Below the pieces are notes generated by a model, which was not told the origin of the DNA, ran no database searches, and was given only the letters and a program-made list of their open reading frames with translations. A stretch of DNA of 64,000 nucleotides from an uncultured Chloroflexota bacterium (GTDB lineage: Bacteria > Chloroflexota > Limnocylindria > Limnocylindrales > CSP1-4), in assembly GCA_947085195.1 (NCBI GenBank), contig CAMTVM010000030.1, positions 337 to 64,336 of the forward strand. Reading direction: 5' to 3'. The position numbers were made by a program, and so were the translations under genes. Positions 55,188 through 63,577 of the stretch are shown piece after piece (position 1 is the stretch's first letter; each line of letters starts with the position of its first letter).

Positions 55188-55281
55188 CGTGGGCGCGGCC
55201 GGGGCTGCGCCGTGATCGATCCGGGCTCGGGGAGCGCGTCCGGTGTCCGGCCGGTCTGCTCCCGTCGCTAGCAGCTCGCGC

Positions 55282-55707
55282 TCAGCGGCGGGGCGGCTCC
55301 AGCACGACGTCGTACGCCGCGCGGGCCAGCATGATCGCGCCCACCACCGAGATCCAGAACCCGTATGCCCGATCCGGCAGCAGGCCCTCGGGTGCCTCGA
55401 GCACCCCCGGATACGACAGGCTCATAAGGACGCCGATCAGCGCCACGACGGCGAGCAGGCCGAAGGAGATGCCCCGGTCAACGGCGAGGGGTCGCTCTCC
55501 CGCGGCGTACGGCAGGGCGATCAGGGCGATCGTTGCAAGAGCTGCGAGACAGGCGGCGATCCCGCTCGAGTCAAACGCCCGCAGGACCGTCTGCGGCAAG
55601 GCCCCGTCCCCGCCGGCCGTGTACCAGGGCAGCAGGGTGCCGACCAGCAGCACGAGGGCACCGATGAACGCGAGGCGGCGGCCGTTGCCGAGGGGGCGTC
55701 GATGCAT
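55282..55707 (-). CDS. Hypothetical integral membrane protein (4 TM)
   Basis: Hydrophobic-segment pattern. The start overlaps the hpt stop by 1 nt. Confidence 0.55.
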   Translation of the reverse strand: MHRRPLGNGRRLAFIGALVLLVGTLLPWYTAGGDGALPQTVLRAFDSSGIAACLAALATIALIALPYAAGERPLAVDRGISFGLLAVVALIGVLMSLSYPGVLEAPEGLLPDRAYGFWISVVGAIMLARAAYDVVLEPPRR

Positions 55708-56273
55708 CAGGCGGGCGGGGTGTAGACCTCGGGGCGGAGCACGCCCACGAAGCGAAGGTTGCGGTAGCGCTCGCTGTAGTCCAGCCCGTAGCCCACCACG
55801 AACTGGTCCGGGATCTCGAACCCGACGTAGTCCACGGGGATCTCGACCAGGCGGCGGGCCGGCTTGTCGAGCAGCGTGCAGATCCGGAGCGAGGCCGGGT
55901 TCTTGCCGCGCAGGTAGCGGACCAGGTAGTTGAGCGTGAGCCCGGTATCGATGATGTCCTCCACCAGGAGCACGTCCTCGCCCGCGATCGTCGCGGACAG
56001 GTCCTTCATGATCCGGACCAGACCGGACGACTCCGTGGCGGTGCCGCCGTAGGAGCTGACCTCCATGAGGTCGATGCGCAGGGGGAGCGGGATCTGGCGC
56101 ATCAGGTCCGCCATGAACGGCAGGGACCCCTTGAGGACGCTGACGAGGGTGAGGTTGCGGCCGGCGTAGTCCTCGCCGATCCGGCGTCCCAGCTCGGCGA
56201 CCTTGGCGGCGATCGCCTCCTCGGTCAGCAGGACTTCCCCGATGTCGGTCTGGAGATCGGCGGTTCGGGTCAT
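55707..56273 (-). CDS. hpt: Hypoxanthine phosphoribosyltransferase
   Basis: VLLVEDIIDTGLTL PRPP motif and SYGG; length 188 aa. Confidence 0.9.
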   Translation of the reverse strand: MTRTADLQTDIGEVLLTEEAIAAKVAELGRRIGEDYAGRNLTLVSVLKGSLPFMADLMRQIPLPLRIDLMEVSSYGGTATESSGLVRIMKDLSATIAGEDVLLVEDIIDTGLTLNYLVRYLRGKNPASLRICTLLDKPARRLVEIPVDYVGFEIPDQFVVGYGLDYSERYRNLRFVGVLRPEVYTPPA

Positions 56274-56364
56274 GGGCGGGTCGGCGCTGCCTCCACGTGG
56301 GTCGGTTCAGGGTGCGGGTCGATGATCGCGCCTCCGGGCGTCCTGTGCACGGCGAGCCGGTTGC

Positions 56365-56991
56365 TCACGCCGGGTCCCCACGGGATTCGACACCGGCGGG
56401 CGCGACCGGGAGGGCCGCGGCGGCGGCCTCGGACGCTCGGCGGCGGCGCCCCCGACGACGGCTCCCGGTGCGGGAGAGGTCGGAGGCGATCCCGCCGGCG
56501 ACATCGCCGGTGGCCGCTCGGCCAACGGAACCGGGTTCGTCGGACGGTGCGGCCCCGGTGGGGTCCAGCACGGACACCTGAGGTGCCGGGGAGGCAGGAG
56601 GCCTCGGCGGCGTACTCTGCCCGGTGGCCCCGGTCAGGTCCTCGATGAGCGCCATGCGCCCGAACTTGAGCATCAGCATCCGGAAGTCCCGCGCGTAGAA
56701 CAGCTTGATCCGGATGTCCGGATACAGTTCGCGGAGGCGGCGCAGCTTGCGGTTCTTCTTGCGGACCAGCTTCTGCTTGAGCGTGGTCAGCTCCACGTAG
56801 AGCTCGAGGTCCGGCAGGTAGAAGTCCGGCGAGAAGCTCTCGACCACGTCGCCGTCCAGGTTCCAGCCGATGGGATACGTCTCGGGTTCGTAGCGCCAGC
56901 GGACGTCGTAGAAGTCCAGGATCCGGGCCAGCTCCGCCTCGCTCGCGTGCGCGAACGCGGGATGCGGCGATTTGCCCGCCGCGGCGGTCAT
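56365..56991 (-). CDS. Conserved hypothetical protein, possible PD-(D/E)xK-like core plus disordered Arg-rich C-terminus
   Basis: AELARILDFYDVRWRYEP ... FSPDFYLPDLELYVELTTLKQK. The start was set at MTAAAGK (56991). The family is not recognised with certainty. Confidence 0.55.
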   Translation of the reverse strand: MTAAAGKSPHPAFAHASEAELARILDFYDVRWRYEPETYPIGWNLDGDVVESFSPDFYLPDLELYVELTTLKQKLVRKKNRKLRRLRELYPDIRIKLFYARDFRMLMLKFGRMALIEDLTGATGQSTPPRPPASPAPQVSVLDPTGAAPSDEPGSVGRAATGDVAGGIASDLSRTGSRRRGRRRRASEAAAAALPVAPAGVESRGDPA

Positions 56992-57167
56992 GTGCTGCTC
57001 CCCGAAGCCCCAGGTCCCCCGGGTCGGCGGGGTCGGCCGGGAAGAGGCGCACCATGCGAGAGGCAGCCATCCCCGGTGAGGCGCGCCCGGAGTCCGCGAT
57101 GGTCCATCGCGGGTCAGTCTACCGACTCCGGACGCTGGTGGCGCGCGAGCGCCTCGGACGGGTGCCC

Positions 57168-57184
57168 ATACCCCCATAGGGTAT
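57168..57184. promoter_or_regulatory. CsoR-type operator (ATACCC-CCATA-GGGTAT)
   Basis: A GC-rich pseudopalindrome resembling actinobacterial CsoR boxes (ATACCCC..GGGGTAT). It lies 11 nt upstream of the csoR ATG. Confidence 0.6.
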
Positions 57185-57194
57185 CATTGGGGAT

Positions 57195-57554
57195 ATGGGC
57201 GAGACCGCTTCCCGACAGGCTCCGGCTCACGCCGCCGACCGCGCGACGTTCCGGCACAGCTACAGCAAGGACAAGGCGCAGCTCGTGCGGCGCCTCAGCC
57301 GCATCGAGGGCCAGGTCCGCGGCATCGCGCGCATGCTCGAGCGCGAGGAGTACTGCGTGGACATCCTCCAGCAGACCGCCGCGCTGCGCGCAGCGGTGGA
57401 TGCCGTGTCGATCCTGATTCTCGAGGATCACGTCCAGGGCTGCGTCCGGTCGGCGGCCGAGCGCGGCGAGGCGGACAAGTACGTGGACGAGGTCATGGAC
57501 GTCGTCCGGCGGACGCTGGGACGACCGGTACGCGGGGCCAAGGGCACCGGCTGA
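57195..57554 (+). CDS. csoR: CsoR/RcnR-family metal-sensing transcriptional repressor
   Basis: RLSRIEGQVRGIARMLEREEYCVDILQQ ... ILEDHVQGC gives the C-H-C ligand set of Cu(I)-sensing CsoR. Confidence 0.85.
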   Translation: MGETASRQAPAHAADRATFRHSYSKDKAQLVRRLSRIEGQVRGIARMLEREEYCVDILQQTAALRAAVDAVSILILEDHVQGCVRSAAERGEADKYVDEVMDVVRRTLGRPVRGAKGTG

Positions 57555-57572
57555 GTCGCTCACGGCGGCGCG

Positions 57573-57614
57573 GTTATCCACAACTCGCGTCCACGACGGC
57601 GGAACGTGGATAAC
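57573..57614. repeat. 9-bp perfect inverted repeat GTTATCCAC-N24-GTGGATAAC (two convergent DnaA-box-like sites, or a long hairpin)
   Basis: TTATCCACA (57574-57582) is the exact E. coli DnaA-box consensus. The opposite-strand copy reads TTATCCACG. The inner CGCGTC/GACG(G)CG can extend a hairpin. Confidence 0.7.
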
Positions 57615-57825
57615 AGGCCTTGACGCTCGGCCCGGCCGGACCTAACGTCCGCACTCCGCACAAGGCGTGCGCGCGCCGGGTAGCGTCATCCGCGAGGGGC
57701 CACGGGGAGACCCGGGCCGGAACCGAGCGGATGACGCCAGACCGAGTCGACGCCCGCAGCGTGCGAACTGTTCGACGCCGGGAGCGGCTCCCGGACGAAC
57801 CGGAGCACGACCACAGGAGGGTGCT

Positions 57826-58599
57826 CTGGATCGTTCGAGAGATCCGCTCCCGACGCGCGTTGCGGACCTTCCGTCGCTCCCTGCCGCGTACTCGGATGTC
57901 CTCGACGCGGGTCTCGAGGCCCTGGGACTGCGACTGGAGCCGGACGCCCGCGCCGTCATCGACGGCCATGCCCGCCTGCTGCTCGCGTGGACCGCCGCCA
58001 TCAACCTCACCGCCATCCGCGACCCGCAGGGCGTCGCCCGCCTCCACGTCCTCGACAGCCTCGCGGCCGTTGGGCTGCTCGCCCCTCGCGGCGTGACGGG
58101 CCTGCTGGATCTCGGCAGCGGGGGCGGCTATCCGGGCCTGCCGCTCGCCGCGGTGCTTCGGCCGGAGCGGACCCTGCTCGTCGACTCGGTCGCCAAGAAG
58201 GTCGGGTTCCTGCATGCGGTCGTGGGCGCGACCGGTCTCGAGCGCCGGGTGGCCGCGGAATCTGTACGCGCCGAGGTATTGGCACAGGACGGGCGGGACC
58301 GCGGGGCCTGGTCCGTGGTGACCGCCCGGGCCGTCACGGGCATGGCCGAACTGATCGAGATCGCGCTGCCGTTGCTGGCCCCGGGCGGCGTCCTCGTCGC
58401 CTGGAAGCGGGAGCCGCTGGACGCTGAGCTGGCGGCCGCTGCCGGGACGCTGGCCGCCCTCCGAGCGGGTCCGGTGACGGTCCACGAGGCGGGTGTCCCG
58501 GGGCTCGAGACACACCGGCTGGTCGTCGTCCCGCGCGGCGGCCCGATCGACCGTCGGTTCCCCCGGGATCCTGCCGAGCGACGGCGACAACCGATGTGA
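57826..58599 (+). CDS. rsmG: 16S rRNA (guanine527-N7)-methyltransferase
   Basis: LLLAWTAAINLTAIRD, HVLDSL, LLDLGSGGGYPGLPLA and VVTARAV motifs. The start is uncertain: GC3 rises only after ~57830, no in-frame ATG/GTG is nearby, and a CTG at 57826 sits 5 nt after GGAGG. Confidence 0.75.
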   Translation: MDRSRDPLPTRVADLPSLPAAYSDVLDAGLEALGLRLEPDARAVIDGHARLLLAWTAAINLTAIRDPQGVARLHVLDSLAAVGLLAPRGVTGLLDLGSGGGYPGLPLAAVLRPERTLLVDSVAKKVGFLHAVVGATGLERRVAAESVRAEVLAQDGRDRGAWSVVTARAVTGMAELIEIALPLLAPGGVLVAWKREPLDAELAAAAGTLAALRAGPVTVHEAGVPGLETHRLVVVPRGGPIDRRFPRDPAERRRQPM

Positions 58600-58641
58600 A
58601 CCAGGGCCGTGCGCCGGGCGTCCCTGCGCTACCCTGCCCCG

Positions 58642-59364
58642 GTGCGCGTCGCCGTGCTCTCCGACATCCACGCGAACCTCGCGGCCCTGGACGCCGTGCT
58701 TGCCGCCGTACCATCCGTCGACGAGGTCTGGCAGCTGGGTGACATCGTGGGCTACGGACCGCAGCCGGACGAGGTGGTGGCGCGCCTGAAGGAGGTCGGG
58801 GCGCTGGGCGTCTGCGGCAACCACGACGTGGCCGCCCTCGGCGGCCCGGAGATCGAAGCCTTCAACACCGATGCCCGCAACGCCATGCTCTGGACGCGCG
58901 CGACCATCAGCGACGAGACGCGGGCATGGCTCGGCGCCCTGCCGGAGCGACTTGAGCGCGAGGGGTTCACGATGGTTCACGGGAGCCCGCGCGACCCGAT
59001 CTGGGAGTACGTCACGTCGGCGGCGGTGGCGCGCGCCGGGATCGCCGCGATGGAGACTCTGGCCGGCCTCCACGGACACACCCACATCCCCATCGCCTAC
59101 CTCGAGCATGACGGCCGCCTGGAGACCGTGAGCCCCGGGGCCGGCTCCCGCATCACCTTCGCTGGCCGCTCCGTCCTGCTCAACCCCGGCAGCGTGGGTC
59201 AGCCACGGGACGGCATCCCCGCCGCATCGTGGCTGCTCCTCGACACAGACGACGGGTCTGCCACCTGGCGGCGCACGGCCTACGACGTGGCCGGCGTCCA
59301 GGCGGCGATGAGCCGGGTCAGCCTCCCGGAGCGCCTGGTGTCACGTCTGGCGTTCGGGCTCTAG
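58642..59364 (+). CDS. Metallophosphoesterase (YfcE/MJ0936-like)
   Basis: VAVLSDIHAN, GDIVGYGP, CGNHD and HGHTH motifs. Confidence 0.8.
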   Translation: MRVAVLSDIHANLAALDAVLAAVPSVDEVWQLGDIVGYGPQPDEVVARLKEVGALGVCGNHDVAALGGPEIEAFNTDARNAMLWTRATISDETRAWLGALPERLEREGFTMVHGSPRDPIWEYVTSAAVARAGIAAMETLAGLHGHTHIPIAYLEHDGRLETVSPGAGSRITFAGRSVLLNPGSVGQPRDGIPAASWLLLDTDDGSATWRRTAYDVAGVQAAMSRVSLPERLVSRLAFGL

Positions 59365-59366
59365 CC

Positions 59367-61445
59367 GTGATCGGGGGTCGACGTCCCATCAAGGGACGCA
59401 AACCCGGCGACAAGCGCATCCGGGTCGTGCGCCACCACGCGCCATACTTCCGTTACACGGGCCCGGGCCAACTCACGGCCAAGGCCGCGGCCAGCGCTCC
59501 CACGACCACCACGGGCCGGGTCACGGCGCGCGTGAAGCAGTTCCTCATCGGGCGGCCGCTGTCCAACGAGGAGGAGCCCGGGGAGCGGCTGCCCAAGAAG
59601 AAGGCCCTCGCGATCTTCAGCTCGGACGCCATCTCGTCCTCCGCCTACGCGACCGAGGAGATCATCCTGGCGTTCCTTTTGGCCGGGGTCGGAGGGGCTG
59701 CGTTCAACCTCTCGATCCAGGTCAGCCTCGCGATCGGCGCCCTGCTCGCCATCGTCGCGTTCAGCTACCGCCAGGTCTGCATCGCCTATCCGATGGGCGG
59801 CGGCTCCTACTCGGTCTCCAAGGCCAACTTCGGGCGGCACGCGTCGCTGGTGGCCGCTGCGGCGCTGCTCATCGACTACACCCTGACGGTCGCCGTCTCC
59901 ACCTCGTCGGCGGTGGAACAGATCGCCTCGGCGGTGCCCGCCATGGACCCGTGGCGCATCGAGATGGGCCTGCTCGCGATCGGGCTGATCACGCTCGGCA
60001 ACCTGCGGGGCCTCCGCGAAGCCGGGAACATCTTCGCCCTCCCCACGTACCTGTTCCTGGGCTCCGCGTTCCTGATGATCGGGACGGGCGTGTTCCGGAT
60101 CGTCGTCGCGGGCGACACCGGCCCCCTGCCGTCCCAGGAGGTCATCCAGGCCACGCGGGAGACGGCTGAGAACGTCGGCATCCTGGTCCTGCTCCGCGCG
60201 TTCGCATCGGGCGCCGTCGCGCTCACGGGCACCGAGGCCATCGCGACTGGCGTGCCGGCGTTCAAGCGGCCCGAGGCGAAGAACGCCGCGCGGACGCTGA
60301 TGGCGATGGCGATCATCCTGGGCACGCTGTTCGTGGGCATCACCTTCCTGGCCACGAGCTTCCACATCCTCCCCATCGAGGAGCCCAGGCAGACGGTCAT
60401 CGCCCAGATCGCCCGTCACGTGTACGGCGAGACCGCCGGGTTCTACCTGTTCCAGGCATTCACGGCCCTGCTGCTGTTCCTGGCGGCCAACACCAGCTAC
60501 AACGCGTTCCCGCGCCTGGCCGCGGTCCTGGCCGAGGACGGGTTCATCCCCCGCCAGTTCGCGTTCCGCGGCGATCGACTTGCCTTCTCCACCGGCATCC
60601 TGCTCCTGGGCGTCGTCGCCGGCATCGTGGTCATCGGGGCCGGTGGCTCCACGCATGCCCTGATCCCGCTGTACGCCGTAGGGGTGTTCATCGACTTCAC
60701 GATCGCCCAGTCCGGCATGGTCCGGCACTGGATCTCGAACGGGGGGCAGGGCTGGCGGTACCGGCTGGCGATCAACGCCGTCGGGGCGATGCTCACGGGG
60801 GTCGTGGCGATCGTGGTCACGTCCGTCAAGTTCACGTCCGGCGCCTACCTCATCGTGATCATGATCCCCACCCTGGTCGGGATCATGCTGTTCATCCGCC
60901 ACCAGTACGACGGCCAGGCGATCGAGCTGGGGGTCCGGGACGACCTCGTGTTCGACCGGACCCACCGGGAGCAGCGCGTGGTGATCCCGGTCAACGGGAT
61001 CAACCGGGCGGTCGTCCAGGCGGTGATGTTCGGGCGTTCGCTCGCAAGCGATCCATCCCTCCTGCAGGCGGTGTTCGTGACCACCGACCTCGAGGAGGCA
61101 GGGCACCTCCGCGAGCGCTGGGAGCGCCAGCTGCCGGGCGTGCCGCTGGTGGTGGTCGAATCACCGTACCGCGCCCTCGTGGGCCCGATGGTGACCTATC
61201 TGGACGTCCTCGACCTCGCGTGGCCGCCCGACAGGGAGGCGCCCACCACGATCGTGGTGCTGCCCGAGTACGTGGCGCGCCACTGGTGGGACCGCCTGCT
61301 GTACAACCAGGCGGCGAGGCGCCTCAAGGCGGCCCTCGTGGGTCGCGAGCACACCGTCATCGCGGACGTTCCGTACCGGCGGAGCGCCGAGCCACATGAG
61401 CCAGCGCACGGTGAGGCCCCGGAGGCGTCCCCGCCGGCCGCCTGA
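59367..61445 (+). CDS. APC-superfamily permease with ~200-aa cytosolic C-terminal domain
   Basis: 12-TM core (FSSDAISSSAYATEEI). The start was set at the GTG at 59367, 3 nt after the upstream stop. It resembles the permease that precedes ceoBC (trkA) in mycobacteria. Confidence 0.75.
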   Translation: MIGGRRPIKGRKPGDKRIRVVRHHAPYFRYTGPGQLTAKAAASAPTTTTGRVTARVKQFLIGRPLSNEEEPGERLPKKKALAIFSSDAISSSAYATEEIILAFLLAGVGGAAFNLSIQVSLAIGALLAIVAFSYRQVCIAYPMGGGSYSVSKANFGRHASLVAAAALLIDYTLTVAVSTSSAVEQIASAVPAMDPWRIEMGLLAIGLITLGNLRGLREAGNIFALPTYLFLGSAFLMIGTGVFRIVVAGDTGPLPSQEVIQATRETAENVGILVLLRAFASGAVALTGTEAIATGVPAFKRPEAKNAARTLMAMAIILGTLFVGITFLATSFHILPIEEPRQTVIAQIARHVYGETAGFYLFQAFTALLLFLAANTSYNAFPRLAAVLAEDGFIPRQFAFRGDRLAFSTGILLLGVVAGIVVIGAGGSTHALIPLYAVGVFIDFTIAQSGMVRHWISNGGQGWRYRLAINAVGAMLTGVVAIVVTSVKFTSGAYLIVIMIPTLVGIMLFIRHQYDGQAIELGVRDDLVFDRTHREQRVVIPVNGINRAVVQAVMFGRSLASDPSLLQAVFVTTDLEEAGHLRERWERQLPGVPLVVVESPYRALVGPMVTYLDVLDLAWPPDREAPTTIVVLPEYVARHWWDRLLYNQAARRLKAALVGREHTVIADVPYRRSAEPHEPAHGEAPEASPPAA

Positions 61446-61617
61446 CGGCGGCGCGGGCGCGAGACGGCACGTCGCACGAGGGCCGAAGGTTCGACCGGCC
61501 AGCCGTCAGCCGCGGCTCAGCCCGCGCGGGCCGGTGGTATCGTGGCCCGGCGCAGGATCGGTGGGGCGTCACCCATGACCCACCCGTCGGCGCGTCGTAC
61601 AGGAGGCAGTCCAGCTC

Positions 61618-62076
61618 GTGGCCGACTCGTCGGCACCCCAGTTCCGGCGCGCCGTCGTGGCACTCGCCGGAGGCCGGACGGACCGGCCGATCGTCGCCCT
61701 GGCGGCCGAGATCGCGAAGGCGTCCCGCGCAGAGCTCATCGGCGTCCACGTCGTGGAGATCGACTGGACGCTTCCGCTCGATGCGGACGTGGCGGGCCGG
61801 TCGGAGGACGCGCAGCGCGTCCTCGACATCGCCGAGGCCACGGCCGAAGCCTCTCGCTACACCCTTGAGACGGTCTTGCTCCAGGCTCGCGACGTCGGCG
61901 CGGCGATCGTGGACGAGGCCAGCGAGCGCGAGGCGGACCTGATCATCTGCGGCCTCCCGTTCCGGCGCCGGTTCGGTGGGGACTTCGCCATCGGCCGCAC
62001 GATCCCGTACATCCTGAAGAACGCACCGTGCGCGGTCTGGGTCATCCGCGAGGCGATGCCCGAGGAGCAGACATGA
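61618..62076 (+). CDS. Universal stress protein (UspA family)
   Basis: The pattern VVALAGG...HVVE...DLIICG...G....ILKNAPCAVWVIR. GTG start; the stop overlaps the trkA start (ATGA). Confidence 0.75.
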   Translation: MADSSAPQFRRAVVALAGGRTDRPIVALAAEIAKASRAELIGVHVVEIDWTLPLDADVAGRSEDAQRVLDIAEATAEASRYTLETVLLQARDVGAAIVDEASEREADLIICGLPFRRRFGGDFAIGRTIPYILKNAPCAVWVIREAMPEEQT

Positions 62077-62615
62077 AAGCCGTGATCATCGGCTGTGGTC
62101 GAGTCGGGGCCGGTCTGGCCGACGAGCTTGATCGCGCCGGCTGGCAGGTCCTGATCATCGACCGGCTGTCGGCCGCGTTCGACCGTCTCCCGTCCTCCTT
62201 CGGCGGAACCGCGCTCCGCGGCGACGGTACCGACGAGGACACGCTGCGCCGGGCCGGCGCCGAGGGCGCGGACCTGTTCCTCGCCCTGACCGAGGGCGAC
62301 AACCGCAACATCATGGCCGCGCAGCTGGGCATCGAGGCACTGGGGGCCCGGCGCACGGTCTCCAAGGTCAACGACCCCGTCCGCGCGGAGGCCTATGCGC
62401 TCCTCGGGATCGCCACGGTCTGCCGGACGAACCTGATGACCACCGCGATCCTGGCCTACGCGGGCCAGGCAACGCCCCCCCACCCGGGCATCTACGCCCC
62501 CGAGACACCCCACCTCCACCCGGACGGCAGCCCGGCCCCGGCCCCGGGCCCTGCGGGCGGCGCAGGCCCGGGCCCGGCGGGCGACGCCGGCGGCAGCACC
62601 CCCACGGAGGCCTGA
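62073..62615 (+). CDS. trkA: TrkA-N (RCK N-terminal, NAD-binding) protein with Pro/Gly-rich tail
   Basis: MKAVIIGCGRVGAGLA Rossmann motif and TEGDNRNIMAAQL. Confidence 0.8.
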   Translation: MKAVIIGCGRVGAGLADELDRAGWQVLIIDRLSAAFDRLPSSFGGTALRGDGTDEDTLRRAGAEGADLFLALTEGDNRNIMAAQLGIEALGARRTVSKVNDPVRAEAYALLGIATVCRTNLMTTAILAYAGQATPPHPGIYAPETPHLHPDGSPAPAPGPAGGAGPGPAGDAGGSTPTEA

Positions 62616-62618
62616 GCC

Positions 62619-63290
62619 ATGTTCGTGCTGGTCGTGGGCGGCGGCAAGGTCGGGTACTACCTGACCAAGGAGCTGATCGGATCGGGGCACGAGGTCGCCC
62701 TGATGGAGAAGGACCGGGGGCGCGCGGAACAGATCCGCGACGAGATCGGATCCGTCGTCATCGGACACGATGGCTGTGAGGGCAAGTACCTCCACGAGGC
62801 AGGTGCCAACCGGGCGGACATCGTGGCCGCGGTCACCGGTGACGACGAGGACAACCTGGTCATCTGCCAGATGGCGAAGCATCATTTCGACGTGCCGCGG
62901 ACCATCGCCCGGGTCAACAACCCGAAGAACGAGCACCTGTTCCGCCACCTCGGGGTGGACGAGATCATCAGCCCCACCCGGATGATCCTGGGCTCGATCG
63001 AGCAGGACATCCCGGTCCACGAGCTGCTGCACCTGGCGGCGCTGGGGGTCGGTGAGCTGGAGATCATCGAGGCCCACCTGCAGCCCGACTCGCCGGCGAT
63101 TGGACGGGTGGCAATGGATCTCGTGGTGCCCAAGGGCTGCTCGCTGTTCGGTGTCATCCGTGCGGGCGTCCCGACGCCGCTGCGGATGGACACGGTCCTC
63201 GCCGAGGGCGACAAGGTGATCGCGATCGGGCGGCCGGACTGCGAGGCGGAACTCCGGGCGCAGCTGATCGGGGAGTTCCCGGAGATCTGA
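62619..63290 (+). CDS. trkA: TrkA-N + TrkA-C (RCK) potassium-transport regulatory protein
   Basis: VVGGGKVGYYL, TGDDEDNLV, and a C-terminal RCK_C (LEIIEAHLQPDSPAIG...EGDKVIAIG). Confidence 0.85.
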   Translation: MFVLVVGGGKVGYYLTKELIGSGHEVALMEKDRGRAEQIRDEIGSVVIGHDGCEGKYLHEAGANRADIVAAVTGDDEDNLVICQMAKHHFDVPRTIARVNNPKNEHLFRHLGVDEIISPTRMILGSIEQDIPVHELLHLAALGVGELEIIEAHLQPDSPAIGRVAMDLVVPKGCSLFGVIRAGVPTPLRMDTVLAEGDKVIAIGRPDCEAELRAQLIGEFPEI

Positions 63291-63447
63291 TCCAAGGGGC
63301 GCCCGGTGGGGGAGGCGTCCGGTCCGGACGTGGAGGCGCTCTGCCGCCGCTCGGCAGACGCTCACCGCTCGCCGGTTGCATCCACCTGGGCCGCGGCGGC
63401 TCCACCCAACCGTGTCCATGGTTGCGACATGGTTGAGGACACTTATC

Positions 63448-63477
63448 TTGACAACATTATTGACAAGGTTGTACTCT
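63448..63477 (+). promoter_or_regulatory. Candidate hsp20 promoter in an AT-rich island (TTGACA-N18-TACTCT; second TTGACA at 63460)
   Basis: Hexamers read directly. The only strongly AT-rich stretch in the last 5 kb. Confidence 0.4.
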
Positions 63478-63577
63478 TCCGACTGACCGATGGGCAACCT
63501 GCCGGGAACGTCGGTCGACCATCCCGATCACAGCCGGCTGCGCAGAGCCGCCGGCAGAACAGCAGGAGGCTGACCTG

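Noticed and set aside
55188-55281. GC-rich stem (ggcgcgg..ctgcgcc) after livF as an intrinsic terminator.
   Set aside because: The stem is short and imperfect, includes a G-U pair, and has no U-tract. That is not enough support to annotate it.
57100-57700. Calling a replication origin (oriC) because of consensus DnaA boxes next to rsmG.
   Set aside because: Only two boxes were found. There is no AT-rich unwinding element and no dnaA/dnaN/parAB or rpmH-rnpA neighbours. The element is reported only as an observation.
61446-61510. GGTTCGA T-loop-like motif (61488-61494) examined as a possible tRNA.
   Set aside because: No acceptor stem, D-arm or anticodon arm can be drawn around it, and the flanking pairing (ggccg/cggcc) gives a 10-nt loop incompatible with a T-arm.
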